DNA of 64,000 nucleotides. Origin: Eledone cirrhosa. Its lineage: Eukaryota. The translations under genes and the position numbers were made by a program. The notes beneath the pieces are model-generated. The model had not been told where the DNA came from and made no database searches. It saw only the letters and a list, made by a program, of their open reading frames with translations. The DNA lies in contig OZ024743.1 in assembly GCA_964016885.1 (NCBI GenBank), positions 300,080,001 to 300,144,000 of the forward strand, given 5' to 3'. Positions 40,862 through 54,782 of the stretch are shown here, piece after piece (positions within the stretch are counted from its first letter, which is position 1; every line of letters starts with the position of its first letter).

Positions 40862-42400
40862 TAGTCTAACAAAGTTTTTTCGTTGCACATCTGCAACATC
40901 ATCAGTGGTACTATTATCATGTTTCCTCCTATTGTATTGTAATGTTTACACCATTTTTATTTTACTTATATATTTATTTTTTCTCCGTCTTTGCGCATGC
41001 GTTTGTGTGTGTGTTCACGTTTGTGTGTATGTGTTTTGGTTTTTGTATTCTATCTTTGTTTACTAGTGTGTGTTTATATGTGTTTGTTGTTATTGTACAT
41101 GTGTAGATATTTATTTATTTATATATTTATTTATTTATATTTCCTTTAAGTCAGTATTGTTTGTTTGGGTATGTTTGTTGTTATTCCATACATTTTTTCT
41201 GTTTAACTTTGGTTTTTTAAGCTCTATTTCACTCGCTTCTCTGATTTGCCTACCTGTTGGGTTATTTCTATGTTTAGGTATTATTTTAATTTCTAATTTG
41301 TCTATATTACCGTCATGTCTTTTTCTGGCTTATTCGTATAGCATTGAACCCTTCTTTTGTCCTTTTAATTCTCCCCAGTGTTGGTCTATTCTTTCTTCTC
41401 TGCTTCGAACTGTTTCACTTATGTATGTCATTGTCATGTTTCTGCAAGTACCCTGTGAACATCTTATGCTATAGACTACATTTCGCGTTTTACAGTTTAT
41501 CTGGGGGTTCACTTTACATCTAACACATTATTAGCACTGTGGGTTTTTGTTAAAGCGTATATTTTACTGATCAGGGATTTTATGGTAGTTCCTGGCTTTT
41601 CTACCACTTTAATTTTTAAGTGGGTCTTTCTTAGGGCCTTTTGACATTGGTTAGTTAAATTCCCCCCAGGGGTAGCATCCCTGAAGATGACACTCTTGTA
41701 TCTCTGTTTTTCGTACCATGAAGTGGCTTTCCCTATCTTATGTTTAGTTCTATCTAAGCTATTCCATGAGTTGCTCCTGTATAATGGGCAAATTCCTTTC
41801 CTGTTCATTTACTTCACCGTGGTCTTATACTTCTCCGTGACTCCTTTGTATACTCTGATTCTGTCTCTTCGGTGGTAGCCAGAGAGCTGCATGCAGTTGA
41901 TGACGTTTTGGATATCTTTCCATTTCAGTTGGGTACACATGTGAGACACGTTGTTCATCACTTGTACCAAGTCTGCGATCAGAACATTAAATTTAACACT
42001 ACTAGACATTGCTGAGTTTTTGAGTATCAGGTATTTGGGTGCCATGGGTTTAGCATAGTGTGAGTGTAGAATTTGGGCCCTCTCGTCTATAGTGTTAATC
42101 CAGAGTTCCGTGTCTAATACAGGTAGTCTATTGTTAGGGTTTGGAAGGGTATTCAACAGTTACATTTATACTCTGGTGTATGTAGTTAGCTATCTGTTGG
42201 ATGCTTTCCATTGTGCTATATTCTAAATCATGTTCATTAGTACTCTCTTGTGGGGGTATTCTTATTACTATATCAATATCGTCTACGTAACGAGAGTACA
42301 TGACGAGGTCTATGGAGCTCTCTTCAAGGATATCTATGAGTCTCCTTTCCCACCATACCATAAATAGATTGACAACATCACCAGCTGACGCCAATAACTG
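40862..42400 (-). mobile_element. PLE fragment (RT C-half, GIY-YIG, pLTR with degenerate HHR at 40866-40911)
   Basis: YSRYVDDI, LPVLDTELW, NVVYSIRC..TYISET. Same family as 21476-22125. Confidence 0.85.
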
Positions 42401-42689
42401 GTCCCTCATTCTGGGTGTAGATATTTTCATTGTATTTTAAAATATGACCCTTTAAGGTCATATTTAATACTAGCCCCTATTGCAACCGCGACCATTTCTC
42501 TCACCTGATCATTATTTTGGGGTGAGAAGAAAACTGGAAAAGATTTTCGGTGCTATTTCCAATTTCACTCTCTCTCTTTCTCTGTGTGTCTCTATCTCTC
42601 TCTCTTTATCTTTATCTCTCTCTCTCTCTCTCTTTATCGCTCTCTCTCTCAATGCATCTATCTATGTGTATATATATACGTATACATAT

Positions 42690-42858
42690 AGTGTACTAGA
42701 GTATTCGATACTTAGAGTAGTAGAGTGGGTAATGGAAAAAGAGTCACGACTCCGACGGCTGAGCTCCGGCCGTTTCGACAGCTATGTCCTAACTCGGAGT
42801 TCGGATCTAGCTGTCGAAATGGTCGGAGCTCAGCCAACGGGGTCCTGACTATTTCCCT
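42690..42858. repeat. Fold-back of the pLTR end of the 51870 PLE family
   Basis: gacggctgagctccggccgtttcgacagcta paired with tagctgtcgaaatggtcggagctcagcc. Left flank matches 51870-51950. A further fragment lies at 6262-6289. Confidence 0.7.
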
Positions 42859-44089
42859 ATATATATATATATATATAGGAAAATCTATATATATATAAGA
42901 ATAGATGAAAGGTTCAATTAACTGTGAATGTTTGGTATACGTCAGTCAGTTCATTAGTACTTCCTGATTAATCAAAATTTATGCTATTGGCGCATTCGGT
43001 TTATATTCTCTAGCTTCATTAAAATTGATTTAATTATATATAAACGTAGATATATAGCTACAATTTCGTATGTATAACAAGAGCCGTTAAATAAATACAA
43101 AAAGGAAAGTTATATATGTTATATATTGTATATTTATCAATACCGAATTCATCATTATTTCTTACCTCCAATTTTCACATTGCTGATTATGGAACGAGAA
43201 TTTCGGCATAATAACTTGAAGATATAATTTTCATCTTTGTATAGACCATTTAAATGTTAAATGAAATACATCATAGAGAATATCGATGGGAATTCGACAA
43301 TTTAACCCTAAAGATGAACAACAGTTGTTTGCAATCTAATTTCAGTCTGATTATTTCCAAATACCATACATATCCATTCATATTTTGTACAATGTGATTC
43401 TATAAGAGAGACATATCTCTCGTACGCTTCCGCCTCTCACTTAATGTTATAGTTAGTACAGAAACAATTGTATTCCCTTTTTTCTTTCGTAGGTATCAAT
43501 TGATTAGTGTCTCTAGGTTACATTTTAAAATGTAAACTGTATTGTTAGTTTAGAGAATGATGTACTTAATGCAATAAAACGTATAAATATTCATTGAAAC
43601 TCCACTTTTAGTTGGGAAAATAAAAGAAAATTACATTAGCATGATAATTGTACAAGTAGTGAATCACTAAATCACGGGGCAATTACATTCTTGTGATAAA
43701 AACGGTATTTAATCCTCCCCCCCCCCCTACACACACAACAGCAAAAGAAAGCAATATAAAAAACGAAACAATAAAAAACAAACAATAAAAATAGAAAAAA
43801 AGACAGAAAATTATAAAGGTTTGGGTGCTATAAATAGTTTTACCATTTAAAGACATTTTGATTTCATCAATAATTTATCTGAAAATTCTATGTCAGAATT
43901 AAAAAAAAATATATTACCCTGAAATTTATTATGAACAATTCATTTAGCTATTAAAAGTTTATATTGTAATGTCATTTATAAGCCACCTTATATTACTTAA
44001 ATAAATAAAAAGACACATTGCAATAAACACATTAGTCAAACTAATTTGGGTTTGATATATATATATATATATATATATCAAACCCAAAT

Positions 44090-45503
44090 CTCAGCCCTTA
44101 CATAAAAACATACACAACCACATTGAAGAACCGGCACACAGGAAGGCCTCAAAATGTAACTGTCACTTACCGGTTAAGTCCCCACTACAAAACAGATGCC
44201 TGTAGTCAAATATAGTGTACATGTATACTATAAATTCATGCAACCGTATACTATAAATTCATGGAACTACATAGGTTTTACGGCTGGGTAGTTAAAAAAA
44301 AGTTGGTACGTCCGCAGACAATCTATAAAGAACCGTAGAATACAACAACGCTCGCCAATAAAACTGGCAGCATAAAGATAGAAACCAAGAATACGGGATT
44401 AGCTGGTCGAAACTGTCGGGGGTAAAAGCCTACAGAATTGGAATGTCCCTCTGCGGACTTTGCAATATGGAGTTGCTCCATATTTTAAAGTTTGTGAAAA
44501 TGCTGCTTAACAGCAAAATAGAACGGTCAATTTTCTCTAGGCATAAAGCAGCTACTAAATTCGCTAATTTCAAACCAAAATAATTCGATCCAACAATCCC
44601 ATTATTCAAACTGAACCACTTTGTGTCTATTATAATATTGGCATTATCGGTAGAGAGTCGGACGCCATGCTTTCCAACATAATAACGTTCCTTTACGATC
44701 TGAGTTCAAATCCCGCCGAGGTTGACTTTGCCTTTCATCCTGACGGGGTCGTTAAAATAAAGTACCAGTAATGCACTGGTTAATTGCTGGCCTTGTGCCT
44801 AAAGTAGAAACAATTATAATAACCCATTATTATTAACTGTCAATAGATCAACTAATCACTGAATCAACATCATAACTTCCTACCCTTTATTTCTTCCACC
44901 CTATTTCCCTAAAATTTTTTCCATTATATCCCATCATGTTCTCTTCAACTCTCACACAACTTCCAATTTATCCTTTATTTAACACTGTACTATTTCTTCA
45001 TAATATAATTTAACCAATACATGTGTGTGTGTGTTTGATGTTTTCATGTTTTTACCATCACGTCTTTATACTTTGACCACCACCACCACCACAACTGTTT
45101 TCGACAATCATATTATGTTCACTTTTTCTCACACACATATAGATTATTTTAATTATTATTTATCATCCTCATTCTAACTTATTTACTATTATTTATTTAT
45201 TATATTTTATGTTTTATTTCTTTATTTTTTTCTCTCTCTCTTTTTCTTTTTCTTCTTTTTTCTTCTTTTTTTCTTCATTCTTTATTACTGATGTTGTGAT
45301 TTGAATTTTCCTAGTATATTACAAACGTTGTGTATAATTCCAACCAGTTATTCCGATGATTTGATTAGGCATACATTGTATTTAAAAATGAGTGACACAG
45401 CCTCAAGTATTAGCAATTTTTAGACACCCTAATCAAGGAAACAATTGTTAATACTGTAAATAAAATCCTTTTTGTACTGTTGACCATGTTATTCTTCACT
45501 CTT

Positions 45504-45510
<7 letters not shown>
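44090..45510 (+). mobile_element. Decayed PLE 3' fragment with SINE insertion and HHR (45345-45456, U4C)
   Basis: KCNC..PLQNRCL, YIGFTA, CGLCNMELLHIL. CCGATGA-T-TTGATTAGG..CCTAATCAA-G-GAAA-CAATTG-TT-AATA. Confidence 0.65.
44639..44817 (+). mobile_element. SINE
   Basis: A box tggcattatcgg, B box gagttcaaatcc, core and tail. Confidence 0.88.
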
Positions 45511-45563
<53 letters not shown>

Positions 45564-45614
45564 ACTGGATATATATATATATATATATATAACTGTATAT
45601 ATATATATATATAA

Positions 45615-45647
<33 letters not shown>

Positions 45648-45652
<5 letters not shown>

Positions 45653-46803
45653 ATAAATGCTCTGAAATAGCGATATATATGTGAATATAGACATAGAATA
45701 TTCGAAAATATTCTGTATGTTTATAATAAACATTTTGAAGACCTAATCGCTATAGAATAGAATACGTCACGTATTACAATTAGATTCTCGACAAAAGCAA
45801 GGGAAGTAATCTACGCGTTTCATTCTTGTTAGAAATCATCAGGACCACATATCCAGTGCTTTTATCGAGAATGACACAGCTAGAGACTTATAGAATACTT
45901 AGCTGTGTACAGTAACTGGTTTGAAAGAGCGGTTGCCGGTCCGGCAGAAATTAGAAATTGGAATAAATGCTCTGAAATAGCGATATATATGTGAATATAG
46001 ACATAGAATATTCGAAAATATTCTGTATGTTTATAATAAACATTTTGAAGACCTAATCGCTATAGAATAGAATACGTCACGTATTACAATTAGATTCTCG
46101 ACAAAAGCAAGGGAAGTAATCTACGCGTTTCATTCTTGTTAGAAATCATCAGGACCACATATCCAGTGCTTTTATCGAGAATGACACAGCTAGAGACTTA
46201 TAGAATACTTAGCTGTGTACAGTAACTGGTTTGAAAGAGCGGTTGCCGGTCCGGCAGAAATTAGAAATTGGAATAAATGCTCTGAAATAGCGATATATAT
46301 GTGAATATAGACATAGAATATTCGAAAATATTCTGTATGTTTATAATAAACATTTTGAAGACCTAATCGCTATAGAATAGAATACGTCACGTATTACAAT
46401 TAGATTCTCGACAAAAGCAAGGGAAGTAATCTACGCGTTTCATTCTTGTTAGAAATCATCAGGACCACATATCCAGTGCTTTTATCGAGAATGACACAGC
46501 TAGAGACTTATAGAATACTTAGCTGTGTACAGTAACTGGTTTGAAAGAGCGGTTGCCGGTCCGGCAGAAATTAGAAATTGGAATAAATGCTCTGAAATAG
46601 CGATATATATGTGAATATAGACATAGAATATTCGAAAATATTCTGTATGTTTATAATAAACATTTTGAAGACCTAATCGCTATAGAATAGAATACGTCAC
46701 GTATTACAATTAGATTCTCGACAAAAGCAAGGGAAGTAATCTACGCGTTTCATTCTTGTTAGAAATCATCAGGACCACATATCCAGTGCTTTTATCGAGA
46801 ATG
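45648..46803 (-). mobile_element. Tandem array of 310-bp retrozyme-like units (x3.7) in (TA)n
   Basis: Apparently identical units, one HHR each at 45806-45848, 46116-46158, 46426-46468 and 46736-46778. Confidence 0.9.
45806..45848 (-). ncRNA. Minimal type I hammerhead (GUA site), first of four
   Basis: GTGGTC-CTGATGA-T-TTCT-aaca-AGAA-T-GAAA-CGCG-TA-GATTAC. Confidence 0.82.
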
Positions 46804-46941
46804 TATATATATATATATATATATATAACTGGATACGATTTCAGTTCCTCGGAGGACTAAGAACACACCCAGGAGCTGGACATATCGATGAATTGACAGA
46901 GCAGAGCACATTTCAACAACATGTTTACCTGTTTTTTAGTA

Positions 46942-46994
46942 CTGTCTGATGAGGTCAGAGCCAATAATAGCTGTCACTGAAATGTATATAGCAG
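46942..46994 (+). ncRNA. Type I hammerhead in an about 315-bp (TA)n-flanked island (46826-47140)
   Basis: CTGT-CTGATGA-GGTcagAGC..GCTgtcACT-GAAA-TGTATA-TA-GCAG. Confidence 0.65.
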
Positions 46995-47154
46995 AACATT
47001 TATAATAAACGAAGCCAAACTTAACATGTTTGACTTACTTAGTCCTGTCGAAGCTCTTGTATATTAAGACCTTTATACGCTGCTATGAATTGAGTACCTT
47101 ACTTACTGTGGTTACCTCCGATTCAACCCGGAATAACTTTATATATATATACAA

Positions 47155-48166
<1,012 letters not shown>

Positions 48167-48279
48167 TATATATATATATATATATTTTTATTTTCATCTT
48201 TTATTTTCTCTTTTTCTTGTTTATTTATTTAATTCGTCACTTCTTCTTATTTAGTTAATTTTCATTATTTACCCATATT

Positions 48280-48485
48280 AGATGTAGTAGATTAGAGTGT
48301 CGGACAACATTCGTTACGGGGTTTACCTATGTCTTTCTACGTTCTGATATCATATCCCGCAGGGGACAGATTGTCTTTTATCATTCCGGATTCCGTTAAA
48401 GTACCAGTTATGTACTGGAGTCGATGTAAACGATTTTTAACGTCCCATCAAATTATGGCCTTGCGCTAATCCTAGAAATAATTAT
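48280..48485 (+). mobile_element. Old diverged SINE
   Basis: aaagtaccagttatgtactggagtcgat..ggccttgcgc..agaaataatt. Confidence 0.6.
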
Positions 48486-49068
48486 GGATCTGTATTTTTA
48501 TCGTTAGGTGAATATATATATAACCAACATCTGTATTGCGTTACCATAACACATCTCATAATTATTGATTACCCGAAGATGTGCGTCAGCCCACAACACA
48601 AAATTACAGAAAAATCAGCATATATTGTTACTGTAATTTTTTACACACTGTTAGTATAAACCAACTAATATAATTCGGGTGTATCGAAGAAAGCGTATCC
48701 GGTAATTGTGGAAAAATGATTTAAACTAATATTTCCCCATCACTCGTTGTTTCTCGCCTCGTGAAATAAGACGGAGTACAATGGTATCTGAGTTTTCTTC
48801 ATAAAGAGAAGTTACAAGTCCACTCTTACAATTTCCTATTCATCTAAAGTACTCCAAACACACACAAAGTATTAACTGTTTCTGAAGAAGACGGTGGAAT
48901 AGTTAAGAGATTACGGGTCTGGAAACAGGCAGAGATATAACCAGTACATGCTAATTATTATATCGATCTACCATGATGAATCAACCATCTTGAGCGATCG
49001 TAAAAGAATGAAATAATTAAGAACATATCTTCGCCCTTTGCTTTATATTCATTGTTTAATACACCCTC

Positions 49069-49137
<69 letters not shown>

Positions 49138-51746
49138 GTGTGAGTGTGTGTGTGTGTGTTGGAGAGTGAGAGAGTGAGTGTTTGTGTATGTGTTAGTGCC
49201 CGTGTTTATGTATCTGTGTTGTCATAGACTTTGGAAAAGTATATCGCAAATTTGAAGATCGATAGATAGGTGGATAAATACCTAGATATGTAGAGAGAGA
49301 GAAATGGGGGGGGGGTTGTCAGAATGACATTTAGACAGAGTCACAGAAAGGTGAGATAGAGAATTGCATCAGATAATTAAAATAAGTATGATCTATATAG
49401 TATTTATCGTGCTGTGTCCTGGAATCTAAATCATTTTAGTTCCATATGTCAACTACAAATTTGGATAACGTTATTGTATTTATCTTTAAATCACCTTCGA
49501 ACGACGATATACGTGTCAATAATACACTGCTGTCTCTTTGATTGATTACACCGCTATAGAAAAAAAATCAATTGTATTGCCCATGCAAAGGTTGATAATC
49601 AATAATATCACCAGTTGACATTTTATACCTTAAAAGTGGAAAATGCTGTAAAGTATTCAACCCCATTGTTCTATCTACCAAATACCGCGGCGCTATTTGT
49701 GTACCATATTTCGAATGGATACGACCATCAATTGAATCTAATTGAAATTTCAGCGTAGATACGTGTATTTCTTTATTTCGTTTGTTGTAACTTTAAGAGT
49801 TTATTACTCTTTCGAATTCGCTACAGAATTATTATATATATTTTTTAAAGTTGGAATCCACATTTAATTAACTTTATTAATTAAATATTTCCTTGTTTCA
49901 AAGTATTTCTTATTTTTCGTTTTTACTGGCCCTGCTTTTTTCCTTTATTTTATTATGAAATTTACTTCATTGATAATTTGCATTATTGATTAAAACTATT
50001 GTAAGGATTTCGTTTTTGAACTTTCAAACATGTTTTTTCTCGTTCTCTTTGTTATTGGTTTTTTTTTTCTTCAAACTTTAATGTTATTCTTGTGAAGGTA
50101 GAGCAATCGAAGAATTTGCTAAGGTTACTGCTGTTTCGAATCTAGCTTTAGTCTAGTTAGTGTCACTTCTCACGCTTCCCTTGGTTGAAATATGAATATC
50201 ATAATATTCCACTTTACGTTCATCTAAAGTTCAAGTTAATTTCTGTTACGTAAAATATAAGAACAAGATAAATAAAGGGGAAATTGTACCCAAACGTTAT
50301 ATTTCTGCAAGTGAATGAAATTCCATAGGAAATGATTCAAATTCCTGATTCGATTTCTGGTCGTATTTTGCTTAATTTGTATCATTACCTCAGTAGAGAA
50401 AGCATGGGCCTCACAACCTCTCGTCTTTACAACATTTCTGGTTACATAGTTTTGTTTTGCGCTGATAACTCTTATTACATATTAAAAAAACAACAAAAAA
50501 GACAGAATTAAAGCCTATAACTTTCGGTAGCCATGAAGGTGCATTGAAATGCATCTAAAATATCTCATATATATCTGTGTGGAAACACCAAAAATACATT
50601 TAAAAACTAACATCAAGGCAGTGCAAACAATTTAACATAAGGCTTAAGAAACCTAGAATTAACTGCACAATATTAAATACCATCATCAACATACATTTCA
50701 TTTCATACTCAACGAAAACAACCTTCCGATACACAAAGGTTTAAATTCGTAACCGATCATATACACGCCTCAATAAACTTCAGCTAACTGAAAATATAAT
50801 AAAATGTTTTATGTGATTACTCAGTAAAAGAATGCTGGGGAAATATATCAGCAGAAAACAATACATCAAACATGAGATGGATTCTATTGTTTTGGTATAG
50901 AATACAAAACATTTGTTAAAAGTCTCAAAACATTGTTAACTATTGAAAAGAATGCGTGTTTCACACGCCAGGCCATCGCATGTAACGCATAAAAATACAA
51001 GAAATTATCCAATAAATTGAAGAACATTGTGAGCTGTGCATAATGAATTATGTCTTGCTAATATGATCAAGAAATATTTCATAAGACGCGATTGCTGACT
51101 TTCTCTCTCATTTCATTTTATTAGTTGCTCTTTATGTGACTTTGATTGTTCAGAATCTGCAAAAACATCTTTATTAATGTGAATATTTCATACCTTAATT
51201 TTTCCGTAAGATGCAAATGCTTCAAAGAATCTACCAGATAAAATGCTGAGTTATTTCTAAACAGAGTGTATTATATTTTACTGTTGTTTTAATAAACATT
51301 TCATATTTTACTTTACTGATCTGTTGGATTTGAGGCAGTATTGGTAGAACGCCGAATATAATGCATTATGGTATCTAGGGCGTACAGCTATTTACATTAT
51401 GTATTCATATCTTTCGGGATCCTACTTGGCTTGTTATCATTTCAACATCGATAAAATAAATCTTAATGAAAACCTTCGGTATATAAATTCCTCTGTTAAC
51501 ACGCACGAAATGTTGTAAACCTTGTTGTCATTATTGACGTGTGGAGGACCTAAGCAATAGCAGTTCATGCCGACCTTCGTTTATTTAGAATGATGTATTT
51601 TCTATGAGATATTCGTGATGTGGGCACATATATTTGTTTTTATTTATTACAAGAGTTCGCCACTTCTAGCCACTCAGCAATGTATGGCTAAACATTTTAT
51701 TTCTTAACACTTGCCTTCCTGTTTAAGAAAGGTCCTTTGGAGCCTG

Positions 51747-51825
<79 letters not shown>

Positions 51826-51869
51826 CAAGGGAATTGTGGTAAGCAACCAGATGGACGAAAACGCATCAG

Positions 51870-54097
51870 AGTACTCAATACTTAGAGTAGTAGAGTGGGA
51901 AATAGGAATAAGTATGACCCCGACGGCAGAGCTCAAGCCGTTTCGACGGCTATTTCTAGGCTAAATTTGAATTTGTAGCCTGGTGAATAAATAGCCGAAC
52001 TTTTCAAGGGGGGTACTTCCTTATATGGGAAGATTGTAGTTGTCAAGAGGATTGGTCAAAATTTGTTGTAAACACAAATAAGACTATCATTGCATGTGGT
52101 GGGAAGTAGGGGTGACTGAACTTTCCTGTAGAACAATAGGGGTGTGAGTAGAGCTGTCAAGCGTTAGAAGTGATATGTATACTGCAGATTCTAAGGATAG
52201 TGTATGAAATGGAGGAGGGAGGTTATATAATAGGTAAAACGAATGAAAGTAGGAGACAATAAAAGATAATAGAAAGAAATATATAAAATTAGATAGTGAG
52301 AAATGAATAAAAAAATCACAATGATATCTTACCATTACAGGTTAATAAGTTGAGAATAGAAAAAACTTATAGAAATTACAAAACAGATACCAACTTAAAG
52401 GGTGTTTTACACATCTGCTATAAGTAGTTAGTAAAACGTATTCGGTCAATTCTATCTTAAAATTACAGGGGTGGGGTAACTGATGCTACAGAGGCCCGAT
52501 GGGTTACATCGGGGTAAGCGAAAGGGGAAAAGCAGACGAGGAAGAAAATAGGGGTGGAAGAAAGTCATTGGATGAGACAGGGGGAATTAGAAGACAAAGA
52601 AAAAAGAAAAGGACAGAGATACATCTACCTAAGTAAGCTGGGGCTTCCCCTAACTTATTCGGCAAGTGAGTGGGGGGGGGGGGGTATCAGACCTTGTCTA
52701 ACAACCGGCGTCGTTATGGCGTTTGAGGGCGAGGTAAGTCCTACGCAATCTGTTTGCATGCGGTTACCAGTTCATCTTTCTTGTTTAGGAGTTGGTCCTT
52801 CGAAAACAGCATTTGTAATGTTTCCTCCGTGCATAAATTACACGAACGGCGTCCTCCCGTGTAAGAGATAGCTCTGGACAGTAAGCTCCAAGTGAGATTG
52901 TAGGTTATATTATTATCTTGGAGGTCCCAGATGTGGCCTAAAAGTGTAGAGGCGTGTCGCCGGACCGGGTTTCGGAAAGTACGTCGGTGTTGGTAGAGCT
53001 GGGTCTTGAAGTCACACGCGGTTAATCCTATATAAGCTTTGTTGGAGGTGTCCGTCGTCACGTTGCACTGGTAGATCACGTTACTTTCTCGGCATTTGTT
53101 GTATAGGGGGTACGTAGATCTATCAGCGCAGTTACACCTCCTTGTCGGCTCTCCACTGATGTCTAGGTTATTTCTTCCATAGAGGTTGAGTTTTTTGTTG
53201 TTTGAGGAGACAATGTTTTGTTGCGAAGTTAGGTGTCGTGCTGTAGGAGAGTTTGATGGTCTTTTTATTGATTATGTTGTGGTAGCGGTGTTGTAGTGGG
53301 AAGTGTTTTTCGAGTAGTCCAAAGAAGATTTTGCCGATAGGTGTTACCACCTCGGCATTATGGGGACGATTGAACCACGTTACGCTGCGTGAGTGGCGGT
53401 GTCGCCTGCTGGTTCTGCTAAGGGAAGCTGGATAAAAGGATATTTCCTCCCGGAAGCCACTCCGCTTGAGGGCCTGGTTGCAATGAGGCGCGTGTTCGTC
53501 AAAATATCTGCTCATTAGCGGACAAACCAGATATGCGGAAGGAGCCAGGTTATTGGTGATGTTTCTAGGATGGTTAGAGCGGCGGTGGATGTATTGCAGG
53601 TTGTCATTTGGTTTCCTGTATGGTTAGTGCATATTATTTTCGAGGTTAAAGGTAACGTCCAGGAAATTGACTCGGGTTAGGGACGTTTGCAGGGTGATTT
53701 TAAATCCCCAGTCCCGGAAGAAGTTGATTAGTTGTTTACGGACCCGGTTGTTACTACTGGGGTTGAATCCTATTTTATAACCTCGCTCCTCCACTTCATA
53801 CACTATCCTTAGAATCTGCTGTATACATATCACTTTCAACGCTTGACCGCTCCACTCACACCCCTATTGTTCTACAGGCAAGTTCAGTCACCCCTACTTC
53901 CCACCAAATCCCACGATAGACTTATTTGTGTTTACAACAAATTTTAACCAATGCTCTTGACAACTACACTATTCCCATATAAGGAAGTACCCCCTTGAAA
54001 TGTTCAGCTATTTATTCACCAGGCTAAACATTCCAATTTAGTCCAGAAATAGCCGTCGAAACGGCTTGAGTTCTGCCGTCGCGGTCATACTTTTTCC

Positions 54098-54098
<1 letters not shown>
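51870..54098 (-). mobile_element. 5'-truncated PLE with inverted pLTR (53785-54098)
   Basis: VNFLDVTFNL, VTWFNRPHN, TIKLSYSTTPN, IYQCNV..AYIGLT..CNLCTEE. Segment 51905-52215 is repeated inverted. Confidence 0.88.
51910..52018 (-). ncRNA. Type I hammerhead, U3-A8 core variant
   Basis: CCCC-TTGAAAA-Gtt-CGGCTATTT..AAATAGCCG-tC-GAAA-CGGC..GCCG-TC-GGGG. The inverted copy at 53985-54092 has A9U. Confidence 0.72.
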
Positions 54099-54129
<31 letters not shown>

Positions 54130-54136
54130 AAATAAA

Positions 54137-54175
<39 letters not shown>

Positions 54176-54258
54176 TGAAATATCCGTTGAAAACAGAAGA
54201 AAAGGTCATAGAAGTGAAGAGTGCTAATGAGGTAATTATATTGTATTGATTTTTATAC

Positions 54259-54308
<50 letters not shown>

Positions 54309-54310
<2 letters not shown>

Positions 54311-54782
54311 CTACATACGGATTACATTGAGTTTTTCATACGGTTTAGACCCTACCACTGATTGGTAGATTTATATGTGTGTGTGTATATATATGTATAT
54401 ATCGACCGTTATATCGCGTGACTATCTCCCCCTCCGCCTTTTCGGATTCTTTCTCACGTCGTGTAGACGCGTTCTTGAGACTAGTAAAATGAGGTATCCT
54501 CTTGATAAGTCGGCAGACCTCGCAAGGACTCTACATCTTTATGATGTATTGCTTTTGTTTATGCCAGGAAACTACGTAGTCGAGGAATCTAGGAGCAGTT
54601 TAGGTATGATACATTTTATTACTAATTATATCTAAATGTTTCTTCTCTCTTCATAATGTATATATATATATATATATATATATATTCTACATACGGATTA
54701 CATTGAGTTTTTCATACGGTTTAGATCCTACCACTGATTGGTAGATTTATATGTGTGTATATATATATATATATCGGTCGTT
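54309..54782 (+). repeat. 376-bp-period unit x1.25 in (TA)n containing an HHR
   Basis: ttctacatacggattacattgag at 54309 and 54685. A related inverted segment lies at 25752-25815. Confidence 0.7.
54497..54586 (+). ncRNA. Type I hammerhead, U3-A8 core variant
   Basis: TCCTC-TTGATAA-gtc-GGCA..TGCC-ag-GAAA-CTACGTAG-TC-GAGGA. Confidence 0.68.

Noticed and set aside
44639-44720. tRNA gene
   Set aside because: The A and B boxes belong to the SINE head. There is no cloverleaf and the sequence continues into the SINE core.
45648-46803. CRISPR-like or satellite array
   Set aside because: There are no unique spacers. Whole 310-bp units repeat in a eukaryotic context and are better explained as an HHR unit array.
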